Shown: piece by piece, positions 1-12,907 of the stretch
Layout of the letters: every line of letters begins with the position of its first letter
Position numbering within the stretch: position 1 is the first letter of the stretch
DNA from: Octopus vulgaris
Taxonomy: Eukaryota
DNA: 64,000 bases
Assembly: GCA_951406725.2 (NCBI GenBank)
Contig: OX597837.1
Span: forward strand, 34,782,001 to 34,846,000
Direction: 5' to 3'
Made by a program: the position numbers and the translations under genes
The notes under the pieces: model-generated
What the model saw: only the letters and a program-made list of their open reading frames with translations
Told to the model about the DNA's origin: nothing
Databases searched by the model: none

Positions 1-454
1 TAAATGATATGGTTACAGCTGGAATATCTTTGGACATGTCTGTTCTATCAAGGCTGGGACTGGGTTAACTTAACAAGACAAGACAAATATAATATCTGAG
101 AAAAGCAAAGTTGTGATTCTCAAGATGGCAGCATGAACCAACAACAACAACAACAACAACAACAACCTTAATAACTTAATAGAAGTGAAGCGCTTGCTGG
201 TTATCTTGACAATAGCATGTTTCTGTGTAGGCAGAATGAAACATCTAATAATAACAAGACAGCAGCAACAAGGATAATGACATCAACATCAGTGTGGTTG
301 GTTGGTGGTCAAAGAGGGGGGGTGAGAGGGGGGAGAAAAGGGGACGAGAGAGAGATGGGGGTGGGGAGATAGGTTGTAGGTGTTTGTGTTCAAGATGGTG
401 GCTGTAGCTGGATGCCACACCTTCAACTAGCTAGAAGTGATGGAGAGGAGACAG

Positions 455-730
455 TGAAGAAGAAGAAGGTGAAGAAGAAGAAGAAGAAGAAGAAGAAGAA
501 GAAGAAGAAGAAGAAGAAGAAGAAGAAGAAGAAGAAGGTGGTGAAGAAGAAGAAGGTGGTGAAGAAGAAGAAGGTGAAGAAGAAGAAAAAGGTGAAGAAG
601 AAGAAAAAGGTGAAGAAGAAGAAGAAGAAGAAGAAGAAGAAGAAAAGAACTGGAAAGACACAAAAAGTAAAAACCAAAGGAAAAAGTGGGTGGGAAAAAA
701 AACGTGAAGAAGAAGAAGAAGAAGAACAGA
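455..730. repeat. (GAA)n trinucleotide microsatellite with GTG interruptions, followed by purine-rich low complexity and (TAT)n at 905-960
   Basis: Directly visible; explains the poly-K/F/S ORFs. Confidence 0.95.
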
Positions 731-903
731 AAAGCGTGTAAAGAAAAGAAAAGGGAGAGAAAATAAAATCAGAAGAGTAAAGAAAACAAGACAAAAAGAA
801 AAGAAAGGATATTAAGGAATGGTAAGAAAAAAGAAAATGAAAGAGAAAAAGAAATAAAGAAAGGCGAAAAGGAAAAACAGGGAAAGAGGCAATACAGTTT
901 GCT

Positions 904-940
<37 letters not shown>

Positions 941-1007
941 CATTATTATTATTGTTATTACCATAATCATATAAGATGTCCTCTTTCCTCATTTTCTCAC
1001 ACATCTA

Positions 1008-1524
1008 CATACATACATAACACACACACATACATCACACTCACACACACATCACACACACACATACATCACACACACATACATCACACACACATACATC
1101 ACACACATACATACATACATCACACACACATACATCACACACACATACATCACACACACACATACATAACACACACATACATCACACACACATACATCAC
1201 ACACACACATACATCACACACACATATACATCACACACACATACATCACACACACACATCACACACACACATACATCACACACACACACATACACACACA
1301 CACACATACATCACACACACACATACATCACACACACACATACATCACACACACATACATCACACACACACATACATCACACACACACATACATCACACA
1401 CACACATACATCACACACACATACATCACACACACACATACATCACACACACACATACATCACACACACACATACATCACACACACATACATCACACACA
1501 TACATCTCTCACACACACACACAC
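1008..1524. repeat. Compound (CA)n/CATACAT minisatellite
   Basis: Reiterated cacacacatacat-type units. Confidence 0.9.
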
Positions 1525-2082
1525 CATGTATATACATACACTGTAGATAATGTGTCAAGAAAGTTGAGCAGAAGCAATGCAGTTGATATTTTGAAAATGT
1601 CTTTCGCATAGACAGAACTGTACGACAACGACGACAACAACAACAACTGAAACAGTCGCAGCAGCAGCAACAACAACAACAATAACAACAACAACAACAT
1701 GAACAAGAACCCTAATAACTGAACAAGAAGTGCTGCATTTGATATTTTCAAACTGACTACTTTTAACGAAAGGATATCTCACTCGGACAGAACAGTACAA
1801 CAACGACCACAACAAGAACAACAACAACCCTAGTAATGAAATAAAAAGTGCTGCATTTGATATTTCCTAAATAGCTGCGTAAAAGATATCTCATACAGAT
1901 GGTAATATACTTGCACCAACACCACTGCCACCACCATCACCACCACCAAGAAGGAGCCTTTACAATACTTGCACCTGATCCGCTAGAAGTAGTGGGTGAT
2001 TCTCTTCTGATCACATGATTACACCCTACCACTTTGAAAAAGGAAGAAAAACATTGGATAATTTATGTATTACATGACACAC

Positions 2083-2517
2083 TTTTTACTCTTTTACTCT
2101 CTCAATTTTACTCTTTTACTTTCTTTCAGTCATTTGACTGTGGCCATGCTGGAGCACCGCCTTTAGTCGAGCAAATCGGCCCCAGGACATATTCTTTGGA
2201 AGCCTAGTACTTACTCTATCGGTCTCTTTTGCCGAAAAGCTAAGTTACGGGGATGTAAACACACCACCGTCGGTTGTCAAGCAATGTTGGTGGGGGAGGG
2301 ACAAACACAGACACACAAATATATACACACACACACATACACATATACATATATACGACGGACTTCTTTCAGTTTCCGTCTACCAAATCCACTCACAAGG
2401 CTTTGGTTGGCTCAAGGTTATAGTAGAAGACACTTGCCCAAGGTGCCATGCAGTGAGAATGAACCCAGAACCATGTGGTTGGTAAGCAAGCTACTTACCA
2501 CACAGCCACTCCTGCAC
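2083..2517 (-). mobile_element. SINE family A, full length (tRNA-like head, internal TA/TG microsatellite, (GAGTAAAA)n tail)
   Basis: Reverse complement of the + copies at 13751 and 58781; head has A-box-like TGGCTGTGTGG and B-box-like GGTTCA; about 15 copies in the window. Confidence 0.9.
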
Positions 2518-2544
2518 ACTATTTGTGGAATAAAAAAAAAGATG

Positions 2545-2780
2545 ATATGGTCATGGCTAGATTGTCTGATTATGGGTTCTTGATTAAGGAGGACAACAAA
2601 AAGCCACAAGAAGAGGCTTCTGCATTGGTTGCTTGATTTGCTAAAAACAGCAGCTCACCTACCAAATTTAAAAGAAGGATATGTTATGCCTCAGCAAAGA
2701 TAGAATAATCACAGCTTGAATGCCTTTCATCACAGGTATGCTCGGTCATGGACTGCCTTGGGGTTAAACAAGAACAACAT
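2545..2780 (+). mobile_element. Old dispersed repeat, family I (unclassified)
   Basis: Motifs ttgaYYtgctaRaaaYagcag and ggtcatggctggaa...tttgatcata...ggctaaacaac recur at about 1-75, 5050-5230, 23935-24110, 42600-42730(-), 51060-51270, 56715-56910 and 59790-59910. Confidence 0.55.
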
Positions 2781-3315
2781 ATACAAGGGGCCAATGGGGT
2801 CAGTGATTTCTATAGGATCTAGAGGGGACTGTCTACATATTGTTAGTTTCCTTATATATCATTAAAAACTTGAGACCATACCACATTGAGAGAAGCACAC
2901 ACACACAAACATACACACACACACAAACACACACACCTCTAAGTCTCTGTTGACTGCTACTACTGGTAAAGACAGATCTTTGCTGAGGAGGCCTAACAAA
3001 AATGAAACCTGTCTAGGGTTATTCAACCACTGCCAAAATCAAAGTTACTGCTTACTCACCACTGTATCATCCATACTTTATTTTTAATTAATTTGAAATT
3101 CAATTTCAAGGTTATCTCTCCTATATTTATTAACCACAACTGATAATGAATTCCTTCGCTTAGGTGTGAGGGTGTTATGATTATAAATTCATGAATTAAT
3201 TGATATTCCTTGACCTACAACAATAATATGCATGTTAGCACAAACATTATAGAATGATAATTTTGGTTTAACAAATAGGGTCCAATTTCATTGAAAATTT
3301 CTACAGAAATATAGA

Positions 3316-3888
3316 CATGGCTCTGTAGTTAAGCAGTTTACTTGCCAACCACATGATTCCAGGTTCAGTTCCACTGCATGGCACTTTGGGCATGTTTCTT
3401 CTACTATAGCCCCTGGTCAGCCATAGCTTTGTGAGTGGACTTGGTAGATGGAAACTGAATGTATGCAGGAGTGGCTGTGTGGTAAGTAGCTTGCTAACCA
3501 ACCACATGGTTCCGGGTTCAGTCCCACTGCGTGACATCTTGGGCAAGTGTCTTCTGCTATAGCCCTGGGCCGACCAATGCCTTGTGAGTGGATTTGGTCG
3601 ACGGAAACTGGAAGAAGCCTGTCGTGTATATATATATATATGTATGTGTGTGTGTATTTGTGTGTCTGTGTTTGCCCCCCCCCCCCCTCCCAACATCACT
3701 TGACAACCGATGGTGGTGTGTTTACATCCCTGTAACTTAGCGGTTCGGCAAAAGTGACCGATAGAATAAGTACTGGGATTACAAAGAATAAGTCCTGGGG
3801 TCGATTTGCTCGACTAAAGGCGGTGCTCCATCATGGCCGCAGTCAAATGACTGAAACAAGTAAAAGAGTAGAAGAGAGTATGTATATA

Positions 3889-3926
<38 letters not shown>

Positions 3927-4280
3927 CATGGGTATGTTTGTGTTTGTGTCTCCATGTCTTGATAGTTGTCCATGACTGAGCATACCTGTGATGAAAGGCA
4001 TTCAAGCTGTGATTATTCAATCTTTCCTAAGGCATAATATATCCTTCTTTTAAATTTGATAGTTGTAAATTGCCTGATAGTTGTAAACGAGCCTCACTGT
4101 CATACAACCGGTGTCATTCATTTGCAAAACTCAGTGAAAATACATCTGGCCACAGGGAAATATTACCTTGGAAACAGGAGCAGGCTGGTAACAGGAAAGA
4201 CATCCAACCATAGAAAATCTGCATCAATGAACTCTGTCCAACCCAAGTGAGCATAGAAAAATAGACATTAAAATGATGAA
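3316..4280 (+). mobile_element. SINE family B (A-type head, different 3' half, (GAT)n tail) split by a family A insertion
   Basis: Head at 3316-3460; 3' half at 3880-4280 matches the uninterrupted copy at 7848-8310. Confidence 0.7.
3465..3878 (+). mobile_element. SINE family A, full length, nested in family B
   Basis: gcaggagtggctgtgtggtaag...gactgaaacaagtaaaagag. Confidence 0.9.
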
Positions 4281-4294
4281 ATGTTGTTCTGCAT

Positions 4295-4530
4295 GACCGC
4301 CACTCCATCTGTTATGACAATGAGGGTCCCTATTGATATGATCAATGGAATAGCCTGCTTGTAAAATTAATGTGCAGGTGGTTGAGCACTCCACTGACAC
4401 ATGTACACTTCATGTAGTTCTCAGGGGGATTGTGATACGGTCGGGCCCTTTGAAATACAGGTGCTACTCATTTTTGCCAACCGAGTGAACTGGAGCAATA
4501 TGAAATAAAGTGTCTTGCTCAAGGACACAA
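4295..4530 (-). mobile_element. Old SINE with a family C-type 3' half and CCTTGAGCAAGACACTT core
   Basis: Diverged match to 33735-33930 plus the core shared with 8360-8652 and 56314-56570. Confidence 0.65.
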
Positions 4531-4576
4531 TGCACTGCAAGGAAGTGAGCTTGTAATCATAACTCATGATAAGTCC

Positions 4577-4741
4577 TATATACGACGGTCTTCTTTCAGT
4601 TTCCGTCTATCAAATCCACTCACAAGGCTTTGGTCGGCCCGAGGCTATAGTAGAAGACACTTGCCCAAGGTGCCACGCAGTGGGAATGAACCCGGAACCA
4701 TGTGGTTGGTAAGCAAGCTACTTACCACACAGCCACTCCTG
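4577..4741 (-). mobile_element. SINE family A, 5' half
   Basis: Head through the internal TA tract only. Confidence 0.85.
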
Positions 4742-5959
4742 TAACTTTTTTACTGATAATTTCTCAAAAGCACGGCTGTGGTTTTCATAACTGTCATGAA
4801 AAATGACATCTCTGTTGGAATTCTTAAAATTGGGCTTTGTGCGTTAAACCACAAAGATCTGACATCATCACAATATTAGTCTTCATTTTACCTCTTGTGT
4901 TAAGGGCCCTAAGCAAGGCATGGACCACAACATCACTAATCTAATTGCTTCAAACAACCAAATAGAATTAAAACAACATATGGAAATACAATCTCCACCT
5001 TCCTATCTCTCACCATCTGAGGGAGTCTGAGTCAAGAAGGACACAAATACCTGGTTGTTCAATTTCCAAGAAACAATAGCTAAATGTCACCTAAATCACA
5101 TCCTACTCTCTCCAAAAAGGAAAAACATTGGATATAGATACAAATATGTATGGGACTCCAAAAAAAAAATATGTATGGTCATGGCTAGAAGGCATTTGGT
5201 CTTAGATCTGCTTGATAAGGGTAGGCTTAGGGAAAATGGAGCATGAGAAGGCATTTATAAAATGGTAGGAGACATAGGGTAAGGTTGATGTTGGAATTGC
5301 AATATAAAATAGGAGATGATGGTGGGTAGCAGGAGGAGAAAGACTGATGGTGATAGAGGAGAAAGATTGATGACGACAGATGAGAAAGATTGATGATGAC
5401 AGAGAAGGATTAATAGTGGCAGGAAAAAGAGAAAAATTGATGGTGACAAGATGAGGGGAAAAGACTGGCGATGGCAGGATGAGGAGAAACACTGATTGTG
5501 ACAGCAGAAGAAAGTGAGTGGGAGGAGGTGAAAGTGAGGTGGGAGGAGGTGAAAGTGAGGTGGGAGGAGGTGAAAGTGAGGTGGGAGGAAGGAGAAATCA
5601 AGAGAAAGGTTCTTGGTGGAAAATTTAGGAAGGAAATGACAAGATAATAAGAGAGAAAGAAGAGAAAATGATTGTTGAAGAATGAGAGTAAATGAGTTTA
5701 AGACTAAAAGAATAGAGAAAAGGAAGAAGGATGAGGAAGAAAAGAGAAAAAGATTAGAGAAGTGAGACTATAGCTTATAGAGTGTGGGGGAGGAGATATG
5801 TAACATGAGAGAGAGAGAGAGAGAGAAGAAGGTTTCAAAAGGCAGAGGACCAATAACAAATACGGTAACCAATAAAGAGGGTAGAGAAATAAGGAGAGGA
5901 GGAAGTGAATGAGAAGAAGAAGAAAACAAGGAGAAGTAGGAAGAAATGAAGAGAAGGGG

Positions 5960-6440
5960 GGAGGAAGAGAAAGGAGAAAATGGAGGGAGAAGGAAGAGGA
6001 GAAGAAGAGAAGAGGAGGCAAAAGAGAAAAGGAGGAAGAGAGAAGGAGGCCGAAGCGGAGGAAGAGAGTAGGAGGCAGAAGAAGAGGAAGAGAGTAGGAG
6101 GCAGAAGAGGAGGAAGAGAGAAGGAAGCAGAAGAGGAGGAAGAGAGAAGGAAGCAGAAGAGGAGGAAGAGAGAAGGAAGCAGAAGAAGAGGAAGAGAGAA
6201 GGAAGCAGAAGAGGAGGAAGAGAGAAGGAGCAGAAGAGGAGGAAGAGAGAAGGAAGCAGAAGAGGAGGAAGAGAGAAGGAAGCAGAAGGGGAGGCAAAAG
6301 AGAGAAGGAAGCAGAAGAAGAGGAAGAGAGAGGGAAGCAGAAGAGGAGGGAGAGAGAGGGAAGCAGAAGAGGAGGGAGAGAGAGGGAAGCAGAAGAGGAG
6401 GAAGAGAGAGAAGGAAGCAGAAGAGGAGGAGGGGGAGGAG
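5960..6440. repeat. Polypurine minisatellite, unit of about 26 bp (AAGGAAGCAGAAGAGGAGGAAGAGAG)
   Basis: aaggaagcag recurs at 6121 and 6147 and onward; lies within a purine-rich tract at about 5300-6610 that also has a 21-bp repeat at 5518-5590. Confidence 0.9.
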
Positions 6441-6865
6441 AAAAAAGAAGACTGGGAAGGGAAGAAAATCAGGAAGAGAAGATGAGGAAGACAAGAGGAG
6501 ACAAAAGATGAGGAAGAGAAGAAAGAAGAGGCAGAGGATAATGAGAGAAGTAGAGGAAAATCATGAAAGGTGGTGGAGGTGAGCATAAGGAGGAGGAGGA
6601 GAAGAAGAGAAGGGTCAAGGTGAACGATGGAATCGAACCTAGTGACTAAAACGGCTACTTGAGTTAGGAGGCGGAGGGGAAAGGGGTAGATGCATGGGTA
6701 GGTGTGCAGGTTGCAGCATCCAATTACGGCATCGACTGCCTTGTTTCACCAGGTTGCATCTGCAAAGGCAATTAATTAGCTGCAAAACAAAAGAGAACAA
6801 CGTGCAGCGAATTCATTACACCACCACCGCTGCCACCATCACCATCACCATCACCGATGACAATG

Positions 6866-6903
<38 letters not shown>

Positions 6904-7464
6904 TGGATGGATGGATTCTTTGTTGGTTTCAATGATGAACATTCGTTTGTTTGTTTGTTCAATCAACTGAATGACCTACTCATTCAATTAATGTGTACAT
7001 GGCTGAGTACTCCACAGACATATGCACTCTTAACATTAAACTTTCTGGCTGGATCAATACTAGATGATATTTCAGTTATACATACAATCCAATTGGCAGG
7101 TTTCAGCACAGTTTCTGTTGCCCTAGTTTCAGTCACAGGGCACAGGTTGACTTGAGGTTATAGTAAAAGAGAACTTGACCAAGACACCGCATAATAACAG
7201 GATTGAACTCAAGATCTCATGACTGCAAAGTGGATGTCTTAATCAAAGGGCTAAACCTGTGTCTACACCACCACCACCACCACTACCACTATATTGCATC
7301 ATTTTGGTTTTCTTTGAATTCCGTTACAATTTTTTGAGGCATTTTTTTTCTTTTCCGTATGGACAAGGGTTTTCTAAATAAGGCAGGATTTAAATACTGG
7401 TTTCAAATTTTGGCACAAAGCCAGCAAGTTTGGGGGAGGGTGTAAAGTCAATTATATCAACCTC

Positions 7465-7696
7465 AGGCGGCGAGCTGGCAGAAACGTTAGCGCGCCGGGC
7501 GAAATGCTTAGCAGTATTTCGTCAGACGTTACGTTCTGAGTTCAAATTCCGCCGAGGTAGACTTTTCCTTTCATCCTTTCGGGGTCGATAAATAAAGTAC
7601 CAGTTTCGCACTGGGGTCGATGTAATCGACTTAATCCCTTTGTCTGTCCTTGTTTGTCCCCTCTATGTTTAGCCCCTTGTGGGTAGTAAAGAAATA
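7465..7696 (+). mobile_element. SINE family D (young), nested in an older D2-type SINE
   Basis: aggcggcgagctggcagaa head, GAGTTCAAATTCC B-box; TSD tatatcaacctc(ag) at 7453 and 7697. Confidence 0.9.
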
Positions 7697-7847
7697 TATA
7701 TCAACCTCAGTGCTCAACAGGTACTTATTTTGTTGCCCCCACCACAAAAGGATGAAAGGCAACATCAACCTTGGTGGAATTTGAAGGTAGGGTTTAGATA
7801 TTACCATAATGTTAAGTGTGGCTTTGGTTATGGGACACACAAGACTT

Positions 7848-8310
7848 GCAGGCATGGCTATGTGGTTAAAAAGCTTGGTTCCCAACCCTGTAGTCTCAGG
7901 TTCAGTCCCACTGTATGGTACCATGGCAAGTGCCTTTTGCTATAGCCCTAGGCTGACCAAAGACTTGTGAGTGGATTTGGATGACTGAAACTAAAAAAAA
8001 AAATGTTGTGTGTGTGTGTGTGTGCATGTGTGTGTGTGTGCATGTGTGTGTATACGTGTGAAGTGTGTGTGTAGCCTTGTCTTGACATCATGTAATAATT
8101 GTAAATGAGCACCTCTGTCATACAAAGGATGTTGTTCATTTTCAGTCTTCAAGAAAACCATGCCTAGCCATGGAGAAATATTACCTTGCTTGAAAACAGG
8201 AGACAATTTCTAACAGGAAGGACATCTGGTTGTAAGAAAATCTGCCACAAGTACTGTCTGACCCATGCAAGTATGGAAAATCAGATGTTAATTGATGATG
8301 ATGATGATGT
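7848..8310 (+). mobile_element. SINE family B, full length
   Basis: A-type head, TG tract, B-specific 3' half, (GAT)n tail. Confidence 0.8.
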
Positions 8311-8359
8311 TGGCCAAATGTCTTGTAAATAAGACAAGAGCAAATATTATTATAATGTT

Positions 8360-8652
8360 AATCACAATCATAAGGTAATAAGTTCAATTCCAGGCTGTGT
8401 GTTGTGTTCTTGAGCAAGATACTTTATTTCATGTTGCTCCAGTTCACTCAGCTGTAGGAATGAGTGCCAAGCTGTATCAGCTTTTGCCTTTCCCTTAGAT
8501 AACGTCAGTGGTGCAAGGAGAAGGGGCTGATATGCATGGGTGACTGCTGGTCTTCCATAAACAACCTTGCCCGGACTAGTGCCTTGGAGGGGAACTTTCT
8601 AGGTGCAATCCCATGGACATTCATGACTGAAGGGGGTCTTTACCCTTTTACT
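8360..8652 (+). mobile_element. Diverged tRNA-headed SINE with TTGAGCAAGATACTT core and TTTACCC tail
   Basis: B-box-like agttcaattcc; core shared with 56314-56570 and 4295-4530. Confidence 0.55.
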
Positions 8653-10146
8653 TATAGGACACACAGCATTTGTATTCAAAATGTAAAGGGATACAACCAA
8701 ATAGCCAAACACCACAAAGAAGTTTGGTTGATGTTCTGCAGAATCTGCCTTACATCAACCTCACTCTTAACTTGTCAGCAACCTGAATATGATGCCTGGT
8801 TATAGCACTCCTTATCCCTATAATATTCAGCTAATGTCTGCAAGCAGGTGTGGTAAGAAGTTTACTTCTCAATCACACGGTTCTAGGTTCAGTCCCACTG
8901 CATGGCACCTTGGACTCGGTAGACTGGTTAGTAAAGGGACTGAGAAAGGAACCATAGAATAGGGTGATGAGTAAGAGAGACTGAGAACATGTGGTATGTA
9001 AATAGCTAGACCTGAGAAGAATACTGTTATAGTAGCAGTAGGGAAAGGCAGAGTGATGAGAATGTAGATTAGTAGGGAAAAGGTTGGAAGGTGTTGGAGA
9101 ATCAGTTTTTGTCAATCAGAGGGATGGCTTTCTTTTTCAATGTGGTGTAGGATGTGTACATGTATGTATTGCAGTACCATTCCTTATGTAGAAGAAATAC
9201 TTTGCTGTGGGCCACACTTGCTTTGTAGAAAGTCATCAACTGTTAGGAGTTGAAATATTTTTCAGGCTCTGAAGGAAGAAGGTTAGTCTTTGAGATACAC
9301 ATGTAGTTATGTCATGGATATGAGATTATCAGCAATTGTGACACCGATGTGTTCTACAACAAAGAACATAGTATTTACTATTCATAAGTGCACAGAAGAA
9401 TTATAATAAAAACAATGATGTATAGATTCGTTCTTAATACATTCTGGCAGGTTCTATAAACAAGAGCCACTATTATTGTTTACATTCACTGATCTATGGG
9501 TAGATTTGACTGAAAAGATACGACCAAGTCAAAACACCAGTGTGTCTGAAGTCCTCTGACATGAATGAATTGAGTATGAACTCAACACAGATTGTCTGAA
9601 AGGAGGTGTTCTCTGAAGGTAAAATATGACAGCAGTTAACATATTCAAGTTCAAATCTACTGAAATCTGTTAAGAATGAAGATGTATGTCATCATCTATT
9701 GTTCTGTTTAGCTGATTGCCAGAAGGATCTAAGCCCATTCTGGGTATGACAGTAATTACTCCTGGGCAAATCCTTTCAATCGATAGGCCCCCATCTACCC
9801 AGTTTAGAGTGAAACATGTCTTTCTCTAAGGTCGGTTGCTAAGCTGTCAAGTCCAGCCTATCCAGTTGGGTAGTAAAATGGTTTATTGTTATAATGAACT
9901 AGCAATGAAAAAAAAATTCAAACCAAGTGATATGGTAAGCAGTGGATTTATTGAGAGAGGGGGAGAGAAAGGGAAACAGACAAACAGGTAGACAGAGAGA
10001 TTTTAATCCAAGAACTAGCATATGCATGGTGCCCATTTTAAAAATGGTAACATGATTGTTGATGGAGATGCAAAATTTTTATAATTTCAGAAATGTAAGA
10101 AACAATTCCTATATTAAAAAAGAAATAGAATTTGTTGAGAGAGAGG

Positions 10147-10186
<40 letters not shown>

Positions 10187-10208
10187 GAGAGAAAGACAGA
10201 CAGACAGA

Positions 10209-10298
<90 letters not shown>

Positions 10299-10584
10299 TA
10301 GACAGACAGACAAGATAGTTTGTCCTAAGAGTGAGTACATACATGGTCCGTTATTTTAGAAGTATTTGTTCCACAAACCAAGAATTTACTTTAACAAAGC
10401 AAACAGTTTGCATGCTATGGACAGTTAAGAACTTGTTGACAAGACATTTGGTTCCGAGTTCTAAGAATGAAACCTTCGTGATTGTTATTCCAAAAACGGC
10501 AACAGTGGCGGTGACAGCAGCAAAACAAATGACAACTGACAGAGATTTATTTCGCTGTTACATTGATCAACGGCGGGCAACTTA

Positions 10585-10845
10585 CATGGAATCTCGACTT
10601 GTTGTTGTAACCAGGATATTGGCATTGTTGACTTTAGATAATATTAAATAGAATGAGCGTATAAGTGTTGTGGGCGTCAGTAATCCTGCGGGGGAATTCA
10701 AGACTTGGAAAAGGAAATTGGCGTTGTGGCTATTTCGGTGTGATCTGACGTTGTTTGGATTCAGTGCAGCGGTTATTATGGACACAGTGTTTCTGCTGGC
10801 ATCGAACCAATTGATATTAATAGTGTGGAACTGCAATAATAGCAT
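10585..10845 (-). other. Candidate first exon, possibly coding, in a repeat-free CpG-containing island
   Basis: 87-codon ATG ORF whose only stop lies inside a canonical donor AT|GTAAGT (acttacat on + near 10579-10586); no recognisable protein motif. Confidence 0.25.
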
Positions 10846-11048
10846 GTTGTCTTCTTCGGTTCTGAGATGAAGCGAAGAATTGCTAGGATACAGCAGGAAT
10901 ATACAGCAACAATCACAAATATAAACGCATTTAAACGAAACCTATTTGCAAATAATGTTTTATTCAGTCTTGGCTTTTCTATATATATTTTTTTTAACTC
11001 TTTTTTTTTTTATTAATTTTATTTATTCTTTATACACATGCTTAAATA

Positions 11049-11081
<33 letters not shown>

Positions 11082-11641
11082 ATAAGATCAGGTGTGTCAA
11101 TATGTGTGTGCGTCTGTGTGTGTATGCTTAAGTAGTTCTATGTGTATGTCTGTATAGATGTATATTGCTACCATCATTCTGTACAAGTAACCTTGTGTAT
11201 CTATGCATTTATTTGTGTGTGTGTGTGCATGCACGTGTATGTAAATGTGAGCGATATCTGCACAAATGCATACATATACCACTATGTGTATGCACGCATA
11301 TATGCATGTATACACACACACACACATGCATGTACACATACATTTATATTTCAAAAGAAAAATACACACATCCACATAAAGGTACATACGTACATACATA
11401 CATACATGCATGCAGAAATAGAAATGCGCGCGCGCGCACACACACACACACACACGCACACACACACACACACAGAGATACACACGCATGCACAAACGAG
11501 TGCAAACATAGCTGCGTTGCCTTTGGTGGCTAATGGGCTTACAGCACTTGCTGAAGATGTAAACAAACAAGACAAAGTGAGCAGGATGTCATGCTGCGAT
11601 ACATTATTGACACATCTGAGCAGAAAATGATCTGTCTTCCC

Positions 11642-11685
<44 letters not shown>

Positions 11686-12256
11686 CAGACTTGGGAGAGC
11701 TGCTTCTGCTGCTGTTGTTGTTGCTGTTGTTGTTGTTGTTATTATCACTATCATCATTACCTACCACCAGCGCCTTGGTTTAACTTGCTCCCGTGTAAAC
11801 TGACTTCAGAGGAATAGTACAGAGATTTTCCTATCATTACAATGGACACTGTGCTGGTGATGATGATGATGATGATGATGATGGTGATGGTTATGGTAAT
11901 GGTGGTGGTGATGATGATGATGATGGTAATGGTGGTGGTGATGGTGGTGGTGATGGTTGTGAAGATAGTAAGGACAGCAACAGGATTTGCTCACTTGCCA
12001 ACAAAGCTTTGAATATATCAAACAAGTGGAATAGATTGTAAGAACTAAGGGAAGAGGAGGGAAAGGAGAGAGAGAGAGGGAGAGAAAAAGAAAGAGGGAG
12101 AGAGAAAGAGAGAGAGAGGGAAAAAGAGAGAGAGAGAGACTGAAAGGTATAAAGATGGTTGATACACAGATATAAACAGTTGAATCAACAAAGATACACA
12201 CACACACACACACCCACACTCTCTCACTCTCTCTCTCTCTCTCTCAGAGATAAATA

Positions 12257-12481
12257 TTGGGTTGGTGCATAATTATTGCGGTTTTTTTTCAACAAAAACA
12301 ATAACAACATCTTTAAATAGTTATTTTGGAGCATATTCACCATCTACCTCAATTACTGCTTCTGATTTCCTTGGCAGACGGTTAGACTGTCATTTGGAGA
12401 TGTTTTTGTTAAATATTGTTATTGTTTTTCGTTGAATAAAATTTGTTGAAAAAAAGCCGCAATAATTATGTACCAACCCAA
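12257..12481 (-). mobile_element. Mariner internal-deletion derivative (MITE), TA TSD
   Basis: TA|ttgggttggtgcataattattgcgg ... ccgcaataattatgtaccaacccaa|TA; the minus strand retains a transposase C-terminus NRLPRKSEAVIEVDGEYAPK*. Confidence 0.9.
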
Positions 12482-12523
12482 TAGATAGATAGACAAACAG
12501 ACAGAGACGCACAAATAGACAAC

Positions 12524-12727
12524 TCTTTTACTTGTTTCAGTCATTTGAGTGCGGCCATACTGGAGCACCGCCTTTTTTTAGTCGAGCAAATCGACCCCGG
12601 GACTTATTCTTTGTAAGCCCAGTACTTATTCTATCGGTCTCTTTTGCCGAACCGCTAAGTGACGGGGACGTAAACACACCAGCATCGGTTGTTAAGCAAT
12701 GCTAGGGGGACAAACACAGACACACAA

Positions 12728-12792
<65 letters not shown>

Positions 12793-12907
12793 TACAACAG
12801 GCTTCTTTCAGTTTCCGTCTACCAAATCCACTCACAAGGCATTGGTCGGCCCGGGGCTATAGCAGAAGACACTTGCCCAAGATGCCACGCAGTGGGACTG
12901 AACCCGC
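12524..12907 (-). mobile_element. SINE family A, 5'-truncated
   Basis: Near-identical to other A copies; stops within the B-box region. Confidence 0.9.

Noticed and set aside
412-1546. Long low-complexity ORFs (poly-K, poly-F, HT repeats), and similar ones at 5704-6586, 17194-17764 and 51234-51945
   Set aside because: They are translations of microsatellites, open on several frames and strands.
2284-2583. Recurrent ORF 'SFSFRLPNPLTR...GYSRRHLPK' resembling a gene family
   Set aside because: It is the antisense translation of SINE A, found in every copy with frameshifts.
8915-9900. Very old CR1/L2-like LINE remnant (also about 35540-35800)
   Set aside because: Only vague motif resemblance across many frameshifts; too weak to annotate.
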